DNA from: Desulfobacterales bacterium
GTDB taxonomy: Bacteria; Desulfobacterota; Desulfobacteria; Desulfobacterales; UBA2174
Direction: 5' to 3'
DNA length: 64,000 nucleotides
Assembly (NCBI GenBank): GCA_963668645.2
Contig: CAXXWC010000021.1
Location: forward strand, 672,001 to 736,000
How positions within the stretch are numbered: position 1 is the stretch's first letter; every line of letters begins with the position of its first letter. The notes beneath the pieces are model-generated. The model had not been told where the DNA came from and did not search any database. It saw nothing but the letters and a program-made list of their open reading frames with translations. The position numbers were made by a program, and so were the translations under genes. Positions 1 through 10,134 of the stretch are shown piece after piece.

Positions 1-3000
1 CCAAGGTCTCGGCGTTCTCGATTGTGGTGCCACTATCAGCCACGGCCACCGGACCGTCATTGGTGCCGGTCACGGTGACGGTCAGAGTCGCGGTATCTGT
101 CCCGCCGTTGTTGTCCACGTTGGTATAGGTGATAGAAGTAGTTCTCGACTCACCTGCGGCAAGATCGTCGAAATCTGCGCCCGGGACAAATGTGTAAGAG
201 CCGTCCGCACCGATGGTGAACTCACCACCGTTTGATCCGTCAACAGCCTGACCCACATTGGCTGCATCCCCGCCTACCTGGAACACCGTATGGCTATCGC
301 TCGTATCCAGATCGGTATCGTTGGCAAGAACATTGCCCAAGGTCTCGGCGTTCTCGGTTGTGGTGCCACTATCAGCCACGGCCACCGGACCGTCATTGGT
401 GCCGGTCACGGTGATTGTCAAAGTCGAGCTATCGGTCGCGCCGTTGTTATCTGCGTTGGTATAGGTGATGGAAGTGGTTCTCGATTCACCTGCGGCAAGA
501 TCGTCGAAATCTGCGCCCGGGACAAATGCGTAAGAGCCGTCCGCACCGATGGTGAACTCACCACCGTTTGATCCGTCAACAGCCTGACCCACATTACCTG
601 CATCCCCACCTACCTGGGACACCGTATGGGTATCGCTCGTATCCAGGTCGGTGTCGTTGGAAAGAACATTGCCCAAGGTCTCGGCGTTCTCGATTGTGGT
701 GCCACTATCAGCCACGGCCACCGGACCGTCATTGGTGCCGGTCACGGTGACGGTCAGAGTCGCGGTATCTGTCCCGCCGTTGTTGTCCACGTTGGTATAG
801 GTGATAGAAGTAGTTCTCGACTCACCTGCGGCAAGATCGTCGAAATCTGCGCCCGGGACAAATGTGTAAGAGCCGTCCGCACCGATGGTGAACTCACCAC
901 CGTTTGATCCGTCAACAGCCTGACCCACATTGGCTGCATCCCCACCTACCTGGGACACCGTATGGCTATCGCTGGTATCCGGATCGGTATCGTTGGAAAG
1001 CACATTGCCCGAGGTATCGAGGTTCTCGGTTGTGGTGCCGCTATCAGCCACGGCCACCGGACCGTCATTGGTGCCGGTCACGGTGACGGTCAGAGTCGCG
1101 CTGTCGGTCCCGCCGTTGTCGTCCGCGTTGGTGTATTCAATGGAGGTGGTTCTCGACTCACCCGCGGCAAGATCGTCGAAATCTGTGCCCGGAGCAAATG
1201 TGTAAGAGCCGTCCGCATTGACAACGAATTTACCGCCGTCTGATCCGGCAACAGCCTGACCCACATTGGCTGCATCCCCACCTACCTGGGACACCGTATG
1301 GCTATCGCTCGTATCCGGATCGGTATCGTTGGAAAGCACATTGCCCGAGGTATCGAGGTTCTCGGTTGTGGTGCCGCTATCGGCCACGGCTACCGGACCG
1401 TCGTTGGTGCCGCTCACGGTGATGGTCAGAGTCGCAGTATCTGTCCCGCCGTTGTTGTCTGCGTTGGTGTATTCAATGGAAGTGGTTCTCGACTCACCCA
1501 CGGCAAGATCGTTGAAATCCGTGCCCGGGGCGAATGTATAGGAACCGTCCGCACCGATGGTGAATTTACCGCCGGCTGATCCGTCAACGGCCTGCCCCAC
1601 ATTAGCTGCAACACCATCCACTGCCGATACCGTATGGCTATCGCTCGTATCCAGATCGGTATCGTTGGAGAGCACATTGCCTGAGGTATCGACGTTCTCG
1701 GTTGTGGTGCCGCTATCAGCCACGGCTACCGGACCGTCGTTGGTGCCGCTCACGGTGATGGTCAGAGTCGCAGTATCTGTCCCGCCGTTGTTGTCTGCGT
1801 TGGTGTATTCAATGGAAGTAGTTCTCTGTTCACCCACGGCAAGATCGTTGAAATCCGTGCCCGGGGCGAATGTATAGGAACCGTCCGCACCGATGGTGAA
1901 TTTACCGCCGTCTGATCCGGCAACAGCCTGACCCACATTGGCTGCATCCCCACCTACCTGGGACACCGTATGGCTATCGCTCGTATCCGGATCGGTATCG
2001 TTGGAAAGCACATTGCCCGAGGTATCGAGGTTCTCGGTTGTGGTGCCGCTATCAGCCACGGCCACCGGACCGTCGTTGGTGCCGCTCACGGTGACGGTCA
2101 AGGTGGCAGTATCTGTCCCGCCGTTGTTGTCCGCGTTGGTATAGGTGATGGAAGTGGTTCTCTGCTCACCTGCGGCAAGATCGTCGAAGTCTGTGCCCGG
2201 AGCAAATGTGTAAGAGCCGTCCGCACCGATGGTGAATTTGCCACCGTCTGATCCGTCAACAGCCTGACCCACATTGACTGCATCGCCTTCGACTGCGGAT
2301 ACGGCATGGCTATCGCTCGTATCCAGGTCGGTGTCGTTGGAAAGAACATTGCCCGAGGTCTCGACGTTCTCGGTTGTGGTGCCGCTATCAGCCACGGCCA
2401 CCGGACCGTCATTGGTGCCGGTCACGGTGACAGTCAGGGTAGCGGTATCTGTCCCGCCGTTGTTGTCCAGATTGGTGTATTCAATGGAAGTGGTTCTCGA
2501 CTCACCCGCGGCAAGATCGTTGAAATCCGTGCCCGGGGCGAATGTATAGGAACCGTCCGCATCGATGGTGAATTTACCGCCGTCTGATCCGGCAACAGCC
2601 TGACCCACATTGGCTGCATCCCCACCTACCTGGGACACCGTATGGCTATCACTCGTATCCGGATCGGTATCGTTGGCAAAAACATTGCCTGAGGTCTCGG
2701 CGTTCTCGGTTGTGGTACCGCTATCAGCCACGGCCACCGGGCCGTCGTTGGTACCGGTCACGGTGATGGTCAGGGTAGCGGTATCTATCCCGCCGTTATT
2801 GTCCGCGTTGGTATAGGTGATGGAAGTGGTTCTCGATTCACCCGCGGCAAGATCGTCGAAATCCGTGCCCGGGGCAAAGGTGTAGGAACCGTCCGCACCG
2901 ATGGTGAATTTGCCACCATCTGATCCGTCAACAGCCTGACCCACATTGACTGCATCGCCTTCGACTGCGGATACGGTATGGCTATCGCTCGTATCCAGGT

Positions 3001-5716
3001 CGGTGTCGTTGGAAAGAACATTGCCCGAGGTCTCGACGTTCTCGGTTGTGGTGCCGCTATCGGCCACGGCCACCGGACCGTCATTGGTGCCGGTCACGGT
3101 GACAGTCAGGGTAGCGGTATCTGTCCCGCCGTTGTTGTCCAGATTGGTGTATTCAATGGAAGTGGTTCTCGATTCACCTGCGGCAAGATCGTCGAAATCT
3201 GCGCCCGGGACAAATGTGTAAGAGCCGTCCGCACCGATGGTGAACTCACCACCGTTTGATCCGTCAACAGCCTGACCCACATTGACTGCATCGCCTTCGA
3301 CTGCGGATACGGTATGGCTATCGCTCGTATCCAGGTCGGTGTCGTTGGAAAGAACATTGCCCGAGGTCTCGACGTTCTCGGTTGTGGTGCCACTATCGGC
3401 CACGGCCACCGGACCGTCATTGGTGCCGGTCACGGTGACAGTCAGGGTAGCGGTATCTGTCCCGCCGTTGTTGTCCAGATTGGTGTATTCAATGGAAGTG
3501 GTTCTCGACTCACCCGCGGCAAGATCATCGAAATCCGTACCCGGGGCAAAGGTGTAAGAACCGTCCGCATTGACAACGAATTTACCGCCGGCTGATCCGT
3601 CAACAGCCTGACCCACATTACCCGCGACACCATCGACTGCCGACACCGTATGGGTATCGCTGGCATCCAGATCGGTATCGTTGAAGAGCACATTGCCTGA
3701 GGTATCGACGTTCTCGCTCGTGGTGCCACTATCAGCCACGGCTACCGGGCCGTCGTTAGTGCCTGTCACGGTGACGGTCAGAGTCGCGTTGTCGGTCCCG
3801 CCGTTGTTGTCTGCGTTGGTATAGCTGATGGAAGTGGTTCTTGACTCACCTGCGGCAAGATCGTCGAAATCCGTACCCGGGGCAAAGGTGTAAGAACCGT
3901 CCGCATTGACAACGAATTTACCGCCGTCTGATCCGTCAACAGCCTGACCCACATTACCTGCATCCCCACCTACCTGGGACACCGTATGGGTATCGCTCGT
4001 ATCCAGGTCGGTGTCGTTGGAAAGAACATTGCCTGAGGTCTCGGCGTTCTCGGTTGTGGTGCCGCTATCAGCCACGGCTACCGGACCGTCGTTGGTGCCG
4101 CTCACGGTGATGGTCAGAGTCGCAGTATCTGTCCCGCCGTTGTTGTCTGCGTTGGTGTATTCAATGGAAGTGGTTCTCGACTCACCCACGGCAAGATCGT
4201 TGAAATCTGCGCCCGGGACAAATGTGTAAGAGCCGTCCGCACCGATGGTGAATTTGCCACCGCCTGATCCGTCAACAGCCTGCCCCACATTACCCGCAAC
4301 ACCATCAACTGCCGACACCGTATGAGTATCGCTCGTATCCAGATCGATGTCGTTGGCAAGCACATTGCCCGAGGCATCGAGGTTCTCTGTCGTCGTGCCG
4401 CTGTCGGCCACAGCTACCGGCACGTCGTTGGTGCCGGCTATAATCACCGTAATCGTCTGGGTGGCGGTGGCCCCGAATTCGTCAGTAACTGTGGCAGTGA
4501 AAGTCTCGGTAACGGTCTGGCCTTCATTCAGGCCTTGCGTGATTTCCAGTGGGTTATCCAGAGTGTAGGTCCAGATGCCAGTTTCCGGATCAATCCCTAT
4601 GGAACCATAATCACTGTCACCCGACACACTCCACGCAGCCGTGGCATCAGCATCCACATCTGAAGAAGTAAGGAAACCGGTTACTGAAGGGATCCCGGCT
4701 ACGACGCTGCCGTCGTCTTCATTGCCGGCCTCGATAACCGTTCCTGAAGCGTCATCCGCGCCCGAAGTAATTACCGGCGCATCATTGACTGCTGAAACAA
4801 TAATGTTGACGGTGCCGGTATCAGATGCTCCACTGATATCGCTCGCCTTAAAAGTGAAACTGTCCAGACCGTTGTAATCTGCATCCGGTTCATAGATGTA
4901 ACTGCCATCGCTATTCAGTGTCACTGTGCCGTGTGCAGGACCACTGGTTTTACTGAAAAAGAGCCTATCCTTGTCGATATCTGCAGCGACGGCCTGCCCA
5001 TAAAGCGGTGTATCTTCTAAAGTCGTAATTATTGTATCGGAAGCCTCAGGGGCGTTATTTCCATAGACTACAGAAACGATTTCGCCGAGTGAAATAGCAG
5101 GCCGGGTTCCTTCTGCATCAGGATATGCCCCGTCGCTGGCGCCCTCCCCTACCGGACCGCCCCTCAGTATCCATATAGGATTTTCCGGTAAAACGGATGG
5201 CACGTAATTTGGGGATAAAATTATGCTTATGGCTTCCGCCTGAAAGGAAGGCTCACTGGATCCGGCCAAAGGCGTGACAATGCTCTTATCCAGAAAAGGA
5301 CTCGCAGAGGGAAGCGGAATCGGTTCGGGGGCATTAGCGTTTGACCCTGCCGGAGAACTATCAGTGGCGAAACGGCCGGAATTGAGAGGATGATCGCTAT
5401 CCGATTCCGGAGGGGAGTCTGTAGAGACAAGTGAATCAGATCCGGAATCAACGGGAGGGGTGTCGCCTACCCCAAATAAAAGCGTCGGCGGCTGGGGGCC
5501 TGAAAGGTCGGAATGAAAGTTTTCCAACACAATGTCTCCCCAGTGCTCTATGGAGAGTATCAGGCTTCCTGATTCATATTTTGAAACAACCGATTGGGGG
5601 TCTATATTGATCAGTCTGATTTGATCTCCGGGAGAGATCTGTATTTTTTCTCCGGGCATCACATGGAACTCTCGCCTTTCGCCATCCGAATTGACAACAA
5701 GAATTTCAACATCCAT
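1..5716 (-). CDS. Giant repetitive surface adhesin (VCBS/Ig-like/cadherin-like repeats, probable T1SS substrate), 3'-truncated by window edge, >1900 aa
   Basis: ATG at 5716 (MDVEILVVNSDGERREF...GDIVLENF). The frame reads open in the segments translated by hand and is in phase with the repeat frame at position 1. It contains a cadherin-like unit (GTVTLNSDGSYIYEPDADYNGLDSFTF), a VCBS-like unit, then 112-aa units (GNVLANDTDLD...GEFTIGADGSYTFVPGADFDDLAAGESRTTSITYT...LTVTVTGTNDGPVAVAD). Confidence 0.92.
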   Translation of the reverse strand, partial: MDVEILVVNSDGERREFHVMPGEKIQISPGDQIRLINIDPQSVVSKYESGSLILSIEHWGDIVLENFHSDLSGPQPPTLLFGVGDTPPVDSGSDSLVSTDSPPESDSDHPLNSGRFATDSSPAGSNANAPEPIPLPSASPFLDKSIVTPLAGSSEPSFQAEAISIILSPNYVPSVLPENPIWILRGGPVGEGASDGAYPDAEGTRPAISLGEIVSVVYGNNAPEASDTIITTLEDTPLYGQAVAADIDKDRLFFSKTSGPAHGTVTLNSDGSYIYEPDADYNGLDSFTFKASDISGASDTGTVNIIVSAVNDAPVITSGADDASGTVIEAGNEDDGSVVAGIPSVTGFLTSSDVDADATAAWSVSGDSDYGSIGIDPETGIWTYTLDNPLEITQGLNEGQTVTETFTATVTDEFGATATQTITVIIAGTNDVPVAVADSGTTTENLDASGNVLANDIDLDTSDTHTVSAVDGVAGNVGQAVDGSGGGKFTIGADGSYTFVPGADFNDLAVGESRTTSIEYTNADNNGGTDTATLTITVSGTNDGPVAVADSGTTTENAETSGNVLSNDTDLDTSDTHTVSQVGGDAGNVGQAVDGSDGGKFVVNADGSYTFAPGTDFDDLAAGESRTTSISYTNADNNGGTDNATLTVTVTGTNDGPVAVADSGTTSENVDTSGNVLFNDTDLDASDTHTVSAVDGVAGNVGQAVDGSAGGKFVVNADGSYTFAPGTDFDDLAAGESRTTSIEYTNLDNNGGTDTATLTVTVTGTNDGPVAVADSGTTTENVETSGNVLSNDTDLDTSDSHTVSAVEGDAVNVGQAVDGSNGGEFTIGADGSYTFVPGADFDDLAAGESRTTSIEYTNLDNNGGTDTATLTVTVTGTNDGPVAVADSGTTTENVETSGNVLSNDTDLDTSDSHTVSAVEGDAVNVGQAVDGSDGGKFTIGADGSYTFAPGTDFDDLAAGESRTTSITYTNADNNGGIDTATLTITVTGTNDGPVAVADSGTTTENAETSGNVFANDTDPDTSDSHTVSQVGGDAANVGQAVAGSDGGKFTIDADGSYTFAPGTDFNDLAAGESRTTSIEYTNLDNNGGTDTATLTVTVTGTNDGPVAVADSGTTTENVETSGNVLSNDTDLDTSDSHAVSAVEGDAVNVGQAVDGSDGGKFTIGADGSYTFAPGTDFDDLAAGEQRTTSITYTNADNNGGTDTATLTVTVSGTNDGPVAVADSGTTTENLDTSGNVLSNDTDPDTSDSHTVSQVGGDAANVGQAVAGSDGGKFTIGADGSYTFAPGTDFNDLAVGEQRTTSIEYTNADNNGGTDTATLTITVSGTNDGPVAVADSGTTTENVDTSGNVLSNDTDLDTSDSHTVSAVDGVAANVGQAVDGSAGGKFTIGADGSYTFAPGTDFNDLAVGESRTTSIEYTNADNNGGTDTATLTITVSGTNDGPVAVADSGTTTENLDTSGNVLSNDTDPDTSDSHTVSQVGGDAANVGQAVAGSDGGKFVVNADGSYTFAPGTDFDDLAAGESRTTSIEYTNADDNGGTDSATLTVTVTGTNDGPVAVADSGTTTENLDTSGNVLSNDTDPDTSDSHTVSQVGGDAANVGQAVDGSNGGEFTIGADGSYTFVPGADFDDLAAGESRTTSITYTNVDNNGGTDTATLTVTVTGTNDGPVAVADSGTTIENAETLGNVLSNDTDLDTSDTHTVSQVGGDAGNVGQAVDGSNGGEFTIGADGSYAFVPGADFDDLAAGESRTTSITYTNADNNGATDSSTLTITVTGTNDGPVAVADSGTTTENAETLGNVLANDTDLDTSDSHTVFQVGGDAANVGQAVDGSNGGEFTIGADGSYTFVPGADFDDLAAGESRTTSITYTNVDNNGGTDTATLTVTVTGTNDGPVAVADSGTTIENAETL
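41..4408. repeat. Tandem coding repeat, 336-bp unit, 13 complete copies plus a partial copy at the window edge
   Basis: The anchor cacggccaccggaccgtc (with variants) recurs at 41, 377, 713, 1049 ... 4073, 4409. Confidence 0.95.
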
Positions 5717-6679
5717 TTTTTCCCCACAATCTATAGCCATACGATTGAATTGCATACATTTTCGATTAGCAGTCGATGACCGATATGAAAGGGAACTTAC
5801 TTTCTGGGAAGGAGACCAAAATGTAACTTAGGTCGTCTCCGAGACTAGCGGCTACTGCCGATTGATCAACGCGTTCCCCGACCCGAAAGTCACCGAGACT
5901 CAAACCCTGTAGCGCTCGACTGCCGTCTATAAACGGCTCGTGTTCAATCCCCCCGACCAACAGTGCCGAACCCAGGAAGATCGAAGCCTTACTGCAAAAA
6001 GGGGCTGCATTCATCCCACCCACTGCGCAGTCAGAGCATTGTGTCTGAAGTCGCCCCGGCACTATGGCTTCATTCTGGATAGCCAGTCATTTGGCCGGGT
6101 TGTCTACTGCGATGGTGGTATAACAAAGAGCATCGCGGCAGCGTCTTAGCGCTGCTCACGTCAAAACAGCTTCACCTCTTATCGCCATGCATCCGAATCA
6201 ACCCGCTTTCGGTACAAATGCGGGAGCGTGTCTTTCTCAATATCGTGCCTCATTTTCACCGATGCGTCCTCATCCTGCCTGCCGTCCACAACATTTATTC
6301 TTTTTTGTGGATACTTTATAGAGTCACAAAACATTGAGGTACCTACCTTCCACCGAAACGGCTGTCAAGAAATTAATCCCTGATTATGTACAAGTAGAAA
6401 ATAAGTAAAAAACTATCATCTACAGAATAGAGATTAACAATAACTCCCATAGAAAGATATTTTATACCGACCAGGGCGCAACCCGCCGAAGAAACTGTGC
6501 CGGTCACATCCGGTACCGGAAACGTAATCGTTCTCGACCAGGTGGTATTGATCCTGCGCCAGAGGTCATTGACGAGTTCGAGGCCATGACCTGGAGACGA
6601 CGGCAGCATGTGGCCATCTATAAAATGACAACAAGGCCTTTGGGCCGAGAAGGGGCAAATTGAACGGCGATATAAGCGA

Positions 6680-7000
6680 CGAAATAAAAGGTAAAGCCGA
6701 ACGCTTGCGGTCCGGCGAAAGGCTGGCGATTCTCGAGGTGGAACGCGTCCATCACCATCAGCGTTGCAGGATTGGGGACGGGATGCGTTCTGGATGCTGA
6801 AACCGGCACAGGCATCTTTGCCGAGGCGTTTTCCGCCAGGGGCGAAAAGGTCGTGGGCATCGATGCCGATGGCGCCATGTTGGAAATCGCCAGGGCCTGG
6901 TTCCGCAAACGGTGTTCAAGCTGGCACGTGCCGAGGCGATTTCCCACGGCGATGGGAAGTTCGATCTTTCCTTTCCGGGCTTTTTACTTCAAGAGACGGA
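6680..7000 (+). pseudogene. Frameshifted class I SAM-dependent methyltransferase remnant
   Basis: Pieces lie in different frames: KAERLRSGERLAILEVERV / VLDAETGTGIFAEAFSARGEKVVGIDADGAMLEIAR / FKLARAEAISHGDGKFDLSF (motif I, acidic motif II, FDL motif). Confidence 0.65.
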
Positions 7001-7026
7001 TGCTCCGGTGCAGGCCTTAAAAAACG

Positions 7027-7929
7027 TTACATGGTCACCGAGATGCCCGCTTGTTCAAGGACCTCGGGCACTACGTCGGTCCAGCCCAGGGGCATGATGT
7101 GCACCCCCTGGAACTTGTCCTTGTGCCGGGCGATGAAGCGGCCCATCATCTCGGCGGCCTTTTTCTTGCGGTCGGCCTTGTCCACCGACCCGATCTCGTC
7201 GATCCACGCCTGGGGCACGCTGATCCCCGAGACGTTGCGGTTCATGAAGTTTCCCATCTGGGGTGACTTGAGCACCACCACCCCCAGCTGGATCGGACGG
7301 CCGAACTTTTCCGTCTTGGCCACGAACTCGTCCACCACACGGTCGTCGTAGACCGCCTGGGTCTGGAAAAACTGGGCCCCGGCCTCGATCTTCTTTTTCA
7401 TCTTGAGCAACTGGAGGTCCAGCGGTTCGAAGTTGGGATTGACCACGGCGCCCAGGGCCATGTCCGGCGGATTCTCGATATCGTGGCCGGTGATGTCGTG
7501 GCCTTCCTGCAGTCCGCGGGCCATGGCGAGCAGCTGCACCGAATCGAGATCGAAGACCGGCTTGGCCGACTTGTGGTCCCCGAGCTGGATGTGATCGCCG
7601 GTAAGCAGCAGCACATTGTCGATCCCCAGCGAGTAGGCGGTCAGAAGGTCGCTTTGCAGCGCGATGCGGTTGCGGTCGCGGCAGGTGAGCTGGAAGATCG
7701 GCTCGATGCCCCGCTGCTTGAGCCCGACGCTGGCTGCCAGGGACCCGAGGCGCATGACGGCCGACTGGTTGTCGGTGACGTTGATCGCATGCACGAAATC
7801 CTGCAGGTGCCAGGCCTCCTGGGCGCAGGTGGGACTGACGCGCCAGTCGCGCGAAACGGCCCCCTTGATCGGACCGACTTCGCCGGTGATGACAAATTCG
7901 CCCTTATCGAAAAGTTTGGTGATTTTCAT
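7027..7929 (-). CDS. metF: Methylenetetrahydrofolate reductase, catalytic subunit
   Basis: ITGEVGP, INVTDNQSAVMRLGSL, QLTCRDRNRIALQSDL, TGDH, KKKIEAGAQFFQTQ motifs. Confidence 0.92.
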   Translation of the reverse strand: MKITKLFDKGEFVITGEVGPIKGAVSRDWRVSPTCAQEAWHLQDFVHAINVTDNQSAVMRLGSLAASVGLKQRGIEPIFQLTCRDRNRIALQSDLLTAYSLGIDNVLLLTGDHIQLGDHKSAKPVFDLDSVQLLAMARGLQEGHDITGHDIENPPDMALGAVVNPNFEPLDLQLLKMKKKIEAGAQFFQTQAVYDDRVVDEFVAKTEKFGRPIQLGVVVLKSPQMGNFMNRNVSGISVPQAWIDEIGSVDKADRKKKAAEMMGRFIARHKDKFQGVHIMPLGWTDVVPEVLEQAGISVTM

Positions 7930-7956
7930 CGTTCGCTCCCGCTGCTCATATGGATT

Positions 7957-8676
7957 TCAATCCTGGTTGCTCACCGTCACCTTGCCGGCCTGGGAGCAGA
8001 AGGTCGCCTCGAAGGGGCTGACCTTCAACGTGCGCGGCCGGCTCCACTTGGCGTGGTCCTTGGGCGGCTGGTAGGCTTCGAGCTGGTCGAGGCGCCCGAG
8101 CTTCTGCAGTCGCTCGTAGATCATCACCCAGCCGCAGGGGCGCTCCGGATCCACCTCGCACATCCCCTTTTCCGCCCCGCCGCAGGGACCGTTGAGAAGC
8201 TGCTTGGAGCACAGGGTCATGGGGCAGAGCCCGCCGGTGAATTCGATGACGCACTCGCCGCACAGGGAGCAGAACTCCTGGATGTCCGACTCGTTCACCG
8301 TCTCCCCACCGAAGATGGTGTCACAGCCCGGATGGACCATGCCGCCGTCGGTGGCGTCGATGACGGTATGCACCCCCTGGCCGCAGCCCAGCACGAGAAA
8401 AGAGTCGGCCTTGGCCACCTGTTCGGCGTAGTCCTGCTGGAGCACCTTGCGGGTGTGGTCCAGCTTGCACAGGCTCATCCCCTGGGGGCCCGGCACGGTG
8501 TAGCCGACCACATCGATCCTCCGGCGGGCCAGCCGCTCGGCCATGGCCTGGGTCTCGTCCTGGCCGCCGGAATGGCATTTCCAGGCGCAGTTGTTGCAGC
8601 CGACCACGAAGATCTTCTCGCCGGGCCGGATATAACGCACGATTTCCTCGATGGGTTTCTGGATGGTGGCGTGCAT
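7957..8676 (-). CDS. metV: MetV / MTHFR small Fe-S(Zn) subunit
   Basis: GCNNCAWKC, GCGQGV, CSLCGECV...CPMTLCSKQLLNGPCGG...CEVDPERPCGW; lies directly upstream of metF. Confidence 0.88.
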   Translation of the reverse strand: MHATIQKPIEEIVRYIRPGEKIFVVGCNNCAWKCHSGGQDETQAMAERLARRRIDVVGYTVPGPQGMSLCKLDHTRKVLQQDYAEQVAKADSFLVLGCGQGVHTVIDATDGGMVHPGCDTIFGGETVNESDIQEFCSLCGECVIEFTGGLCPMTLCSKQLLNGPCGGAEKGMCEVDPERPCGWVMIYERLQKLGRLDQLEAYQPPKDHAKWSRPRTLKVSPFEATFCSQAGKVTVSNQD

Positions 8677-8874
8677 CGGTTCTCTCCTTGTAATGCTTCC
8701 GTAAGATGCCGATAGAGCGTTGATTCACTTCGAATCCGTGTTCCTGCTTTCACTGCCGACGAGCATCGAGGAGGATCGATTGTTCGGGGAGCCGCACAAG
8801 GCCGGCAGGCGCTTGGGTTTCAACTTTCGGCGTTCATCGCGAGGCGGCGAGGCAGGATGATCGCGAAAGCTGAA

Positions 8875-9585
8875 TCAAATGGTTCGAAAATATTTGCGTT
8901 CACAGGCGATTCCGGCCTTCTCGAAGTCGGCGTACAACAGGTCGAGCCGCGCATCGGCGATGGCGATGGCCCGTTGGCGGTCAGCAGCGTCCCCATCGGT
9001 GGCGTAGCAGGCGAAACAGCGCTCGCACCGGCAGGCCGCCGCGTCCACAGCGGCCGAAAATTCGCCCATGAGATAGGTCTGGCTCTGCTCCTGGCGGTCG
9101 AAATGCTCCACGGCCGGCATGAAAGACAGCGCGGGCTCCACCATCACGGTCCGGCCTTCACCGGCTGCGGCCACCAGGTCGGGCAGGGTCCAGACCGGCT
9201 GTTCATCCTCGGCCGACTGCTCGAACTGCACGAGCATGTTCGACAGTGTGAACAGAGACTCCTCGACCTGGATCCCGGCGGACTTGAGCTTGTGGTAGTC
9301 GCGCTGCAGGTAGCGATTGGCGATCAACACCGCCTGGGATACGTGGGGACATAGGTTGTTGGGGCATCCGCGGGCGTAGCACTTGCGAAAGGCGTACGTC
9401 ACGCCGTCGATGGCGCCGTAGTAAAGGCACAGAAAGATATGGGCGCTGAAGGGATTGGCCCGATGCTGAAAGTCCACCGGCAAGATTTCAAACGCGGTGC
9501 GACAGGTGACGGTCGCGCCGTGTCGCTGGTATTCCACCAGATCGGTGATTCTTCGGGGCTGATTGTCTATGCGGGTGCCGGTCAT
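8875..9585 (-). CDS. Hypothetical Cys-rich protein (236 aa)
   Basis: Co-oriented ORF inside the cluster; CYARGCPNNLCPH and CRCERCFAC motifs. Confidence 0.75.
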   Translation of the reverse strand: MTGTRIDNQPRRITDLVEYQRHGATVTCRTAFEILPVDFQHRANPFSAHIFLCLYYGAIDGVTYAFRKCYARGCPNNLCPHVSQAVLIANRYLQRDYHKLKSAGIQVEESLFTLSNMLVQFEQSAEDEQPVWTLPDLVAAAGEGRTVMVEPALSFMPAVEHFDRQEQSQTYLMGEFSAAVDAAACRCERCFACYATDGDAADRQRAIAIADARLDLLYADFEKAGIACERKYFRTI

Positions 9586-9660
9586 TTCGGGCCTCCCATG
9601 TGCATTGTTCCGAATTTCGATGGGTGTGCTTCGGATTTGAATTTCATCTGCGCCGCCTCA

Positions 9661-9685
9661 GGGGCGGGAATATCCCCGCCCCCCG
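9661..9685. terminator. GC-rich hairpin downstream of dsrE (terminator or processing stem)
   Basis: ggggcggg-aatatc-cccgcccc inverted repeat; no clear U-tract. Confidence 0.35.
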
Positions 9686-9721
9686 CCTAAAGCAGCGGTC
9701 TCGAAGGTCTCTCGGGCCGCA

Positions 9722-10096
9722 TCAATATACAAAGAGTGCGTCGGCGGCCAGAGCGGCAATGTTCACCTGGGCCGCGGCGGTGACTTCGATGCCGGCCACC
9801 AGCTCGCTCTCCTGGATTCCGCGCGACTTGATGCACGGTCCGCATATCCACATCTTTCCGCCTAGATCGAGAAAATCGTCCAGCAGCTTCTTGATCGGCG
9901 GCAGACCGCCGGCGGCCGGAACCGTTTCCGCAAATCCGACCTTGCCGAAATGCACCGCATTGCTCTGCAAAACGATGGTGGCCTCGATGTCCATGGCCAG
10001 GGCCGCATTGGCCAGCACAAAGGGGAAGGCGGCCTTGTCCGGGTTTTCCGGACCGATGGTGGTGATGTAGAGAATCTTTTCGGTCTTGGCTTCCAT
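9722..10096 (-). CDS. DsrE/DsrF-like sulfur-carrier family protein
   Basis: KILYITTIGPENPDKAAFPFVLANAALAMD...WICGPCIKSRGI; start reassigned to the ATG at 10096 behind a GGAG RBS. Confidence 0.85.
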   Translation of the reverse strand: MEAKTEKILYITTIGPENPDKAAFPFVLANAALAMDIEATIVLQSNAVHFGKVGFAETVPAAGGLPPIKKLLDDFLDLGGKMWICGPCIKSRGIQESELVAGIEVTAAAQVNIAALAADALFVY

Positions 10097-10134
10097 GTAA
10101 TGGCTCCTCGCTGGTGTAAAGTCCTGATCGATGA

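Noticed and set aside
1..4408. Possible CRISPR array or DGR template in the repeats
   Set aside because: Units are in-frame coding repeats without unique spacers; no cas or reverse transcriptase gene is present.
82..4877. Dozens of short repeated ORFs on both strands
   Set aside because: They are off-frame or antisense shadows of the single adhesin frame.
5766..6620. Short ORFs, a riboswitch or a sigma54 site upstream of the adhesin
   Set aside because: No recognisable protein motif or c-di-GMP aptamer; AGGCACGATATTGAG has the wrong spacing and no GC at -12.
8700..8875. SAM/THF/ZTP riboswitch upstream of metV
   Set aside because: Some pairing potential exists, but I could not find the conserved aptamer motifs.
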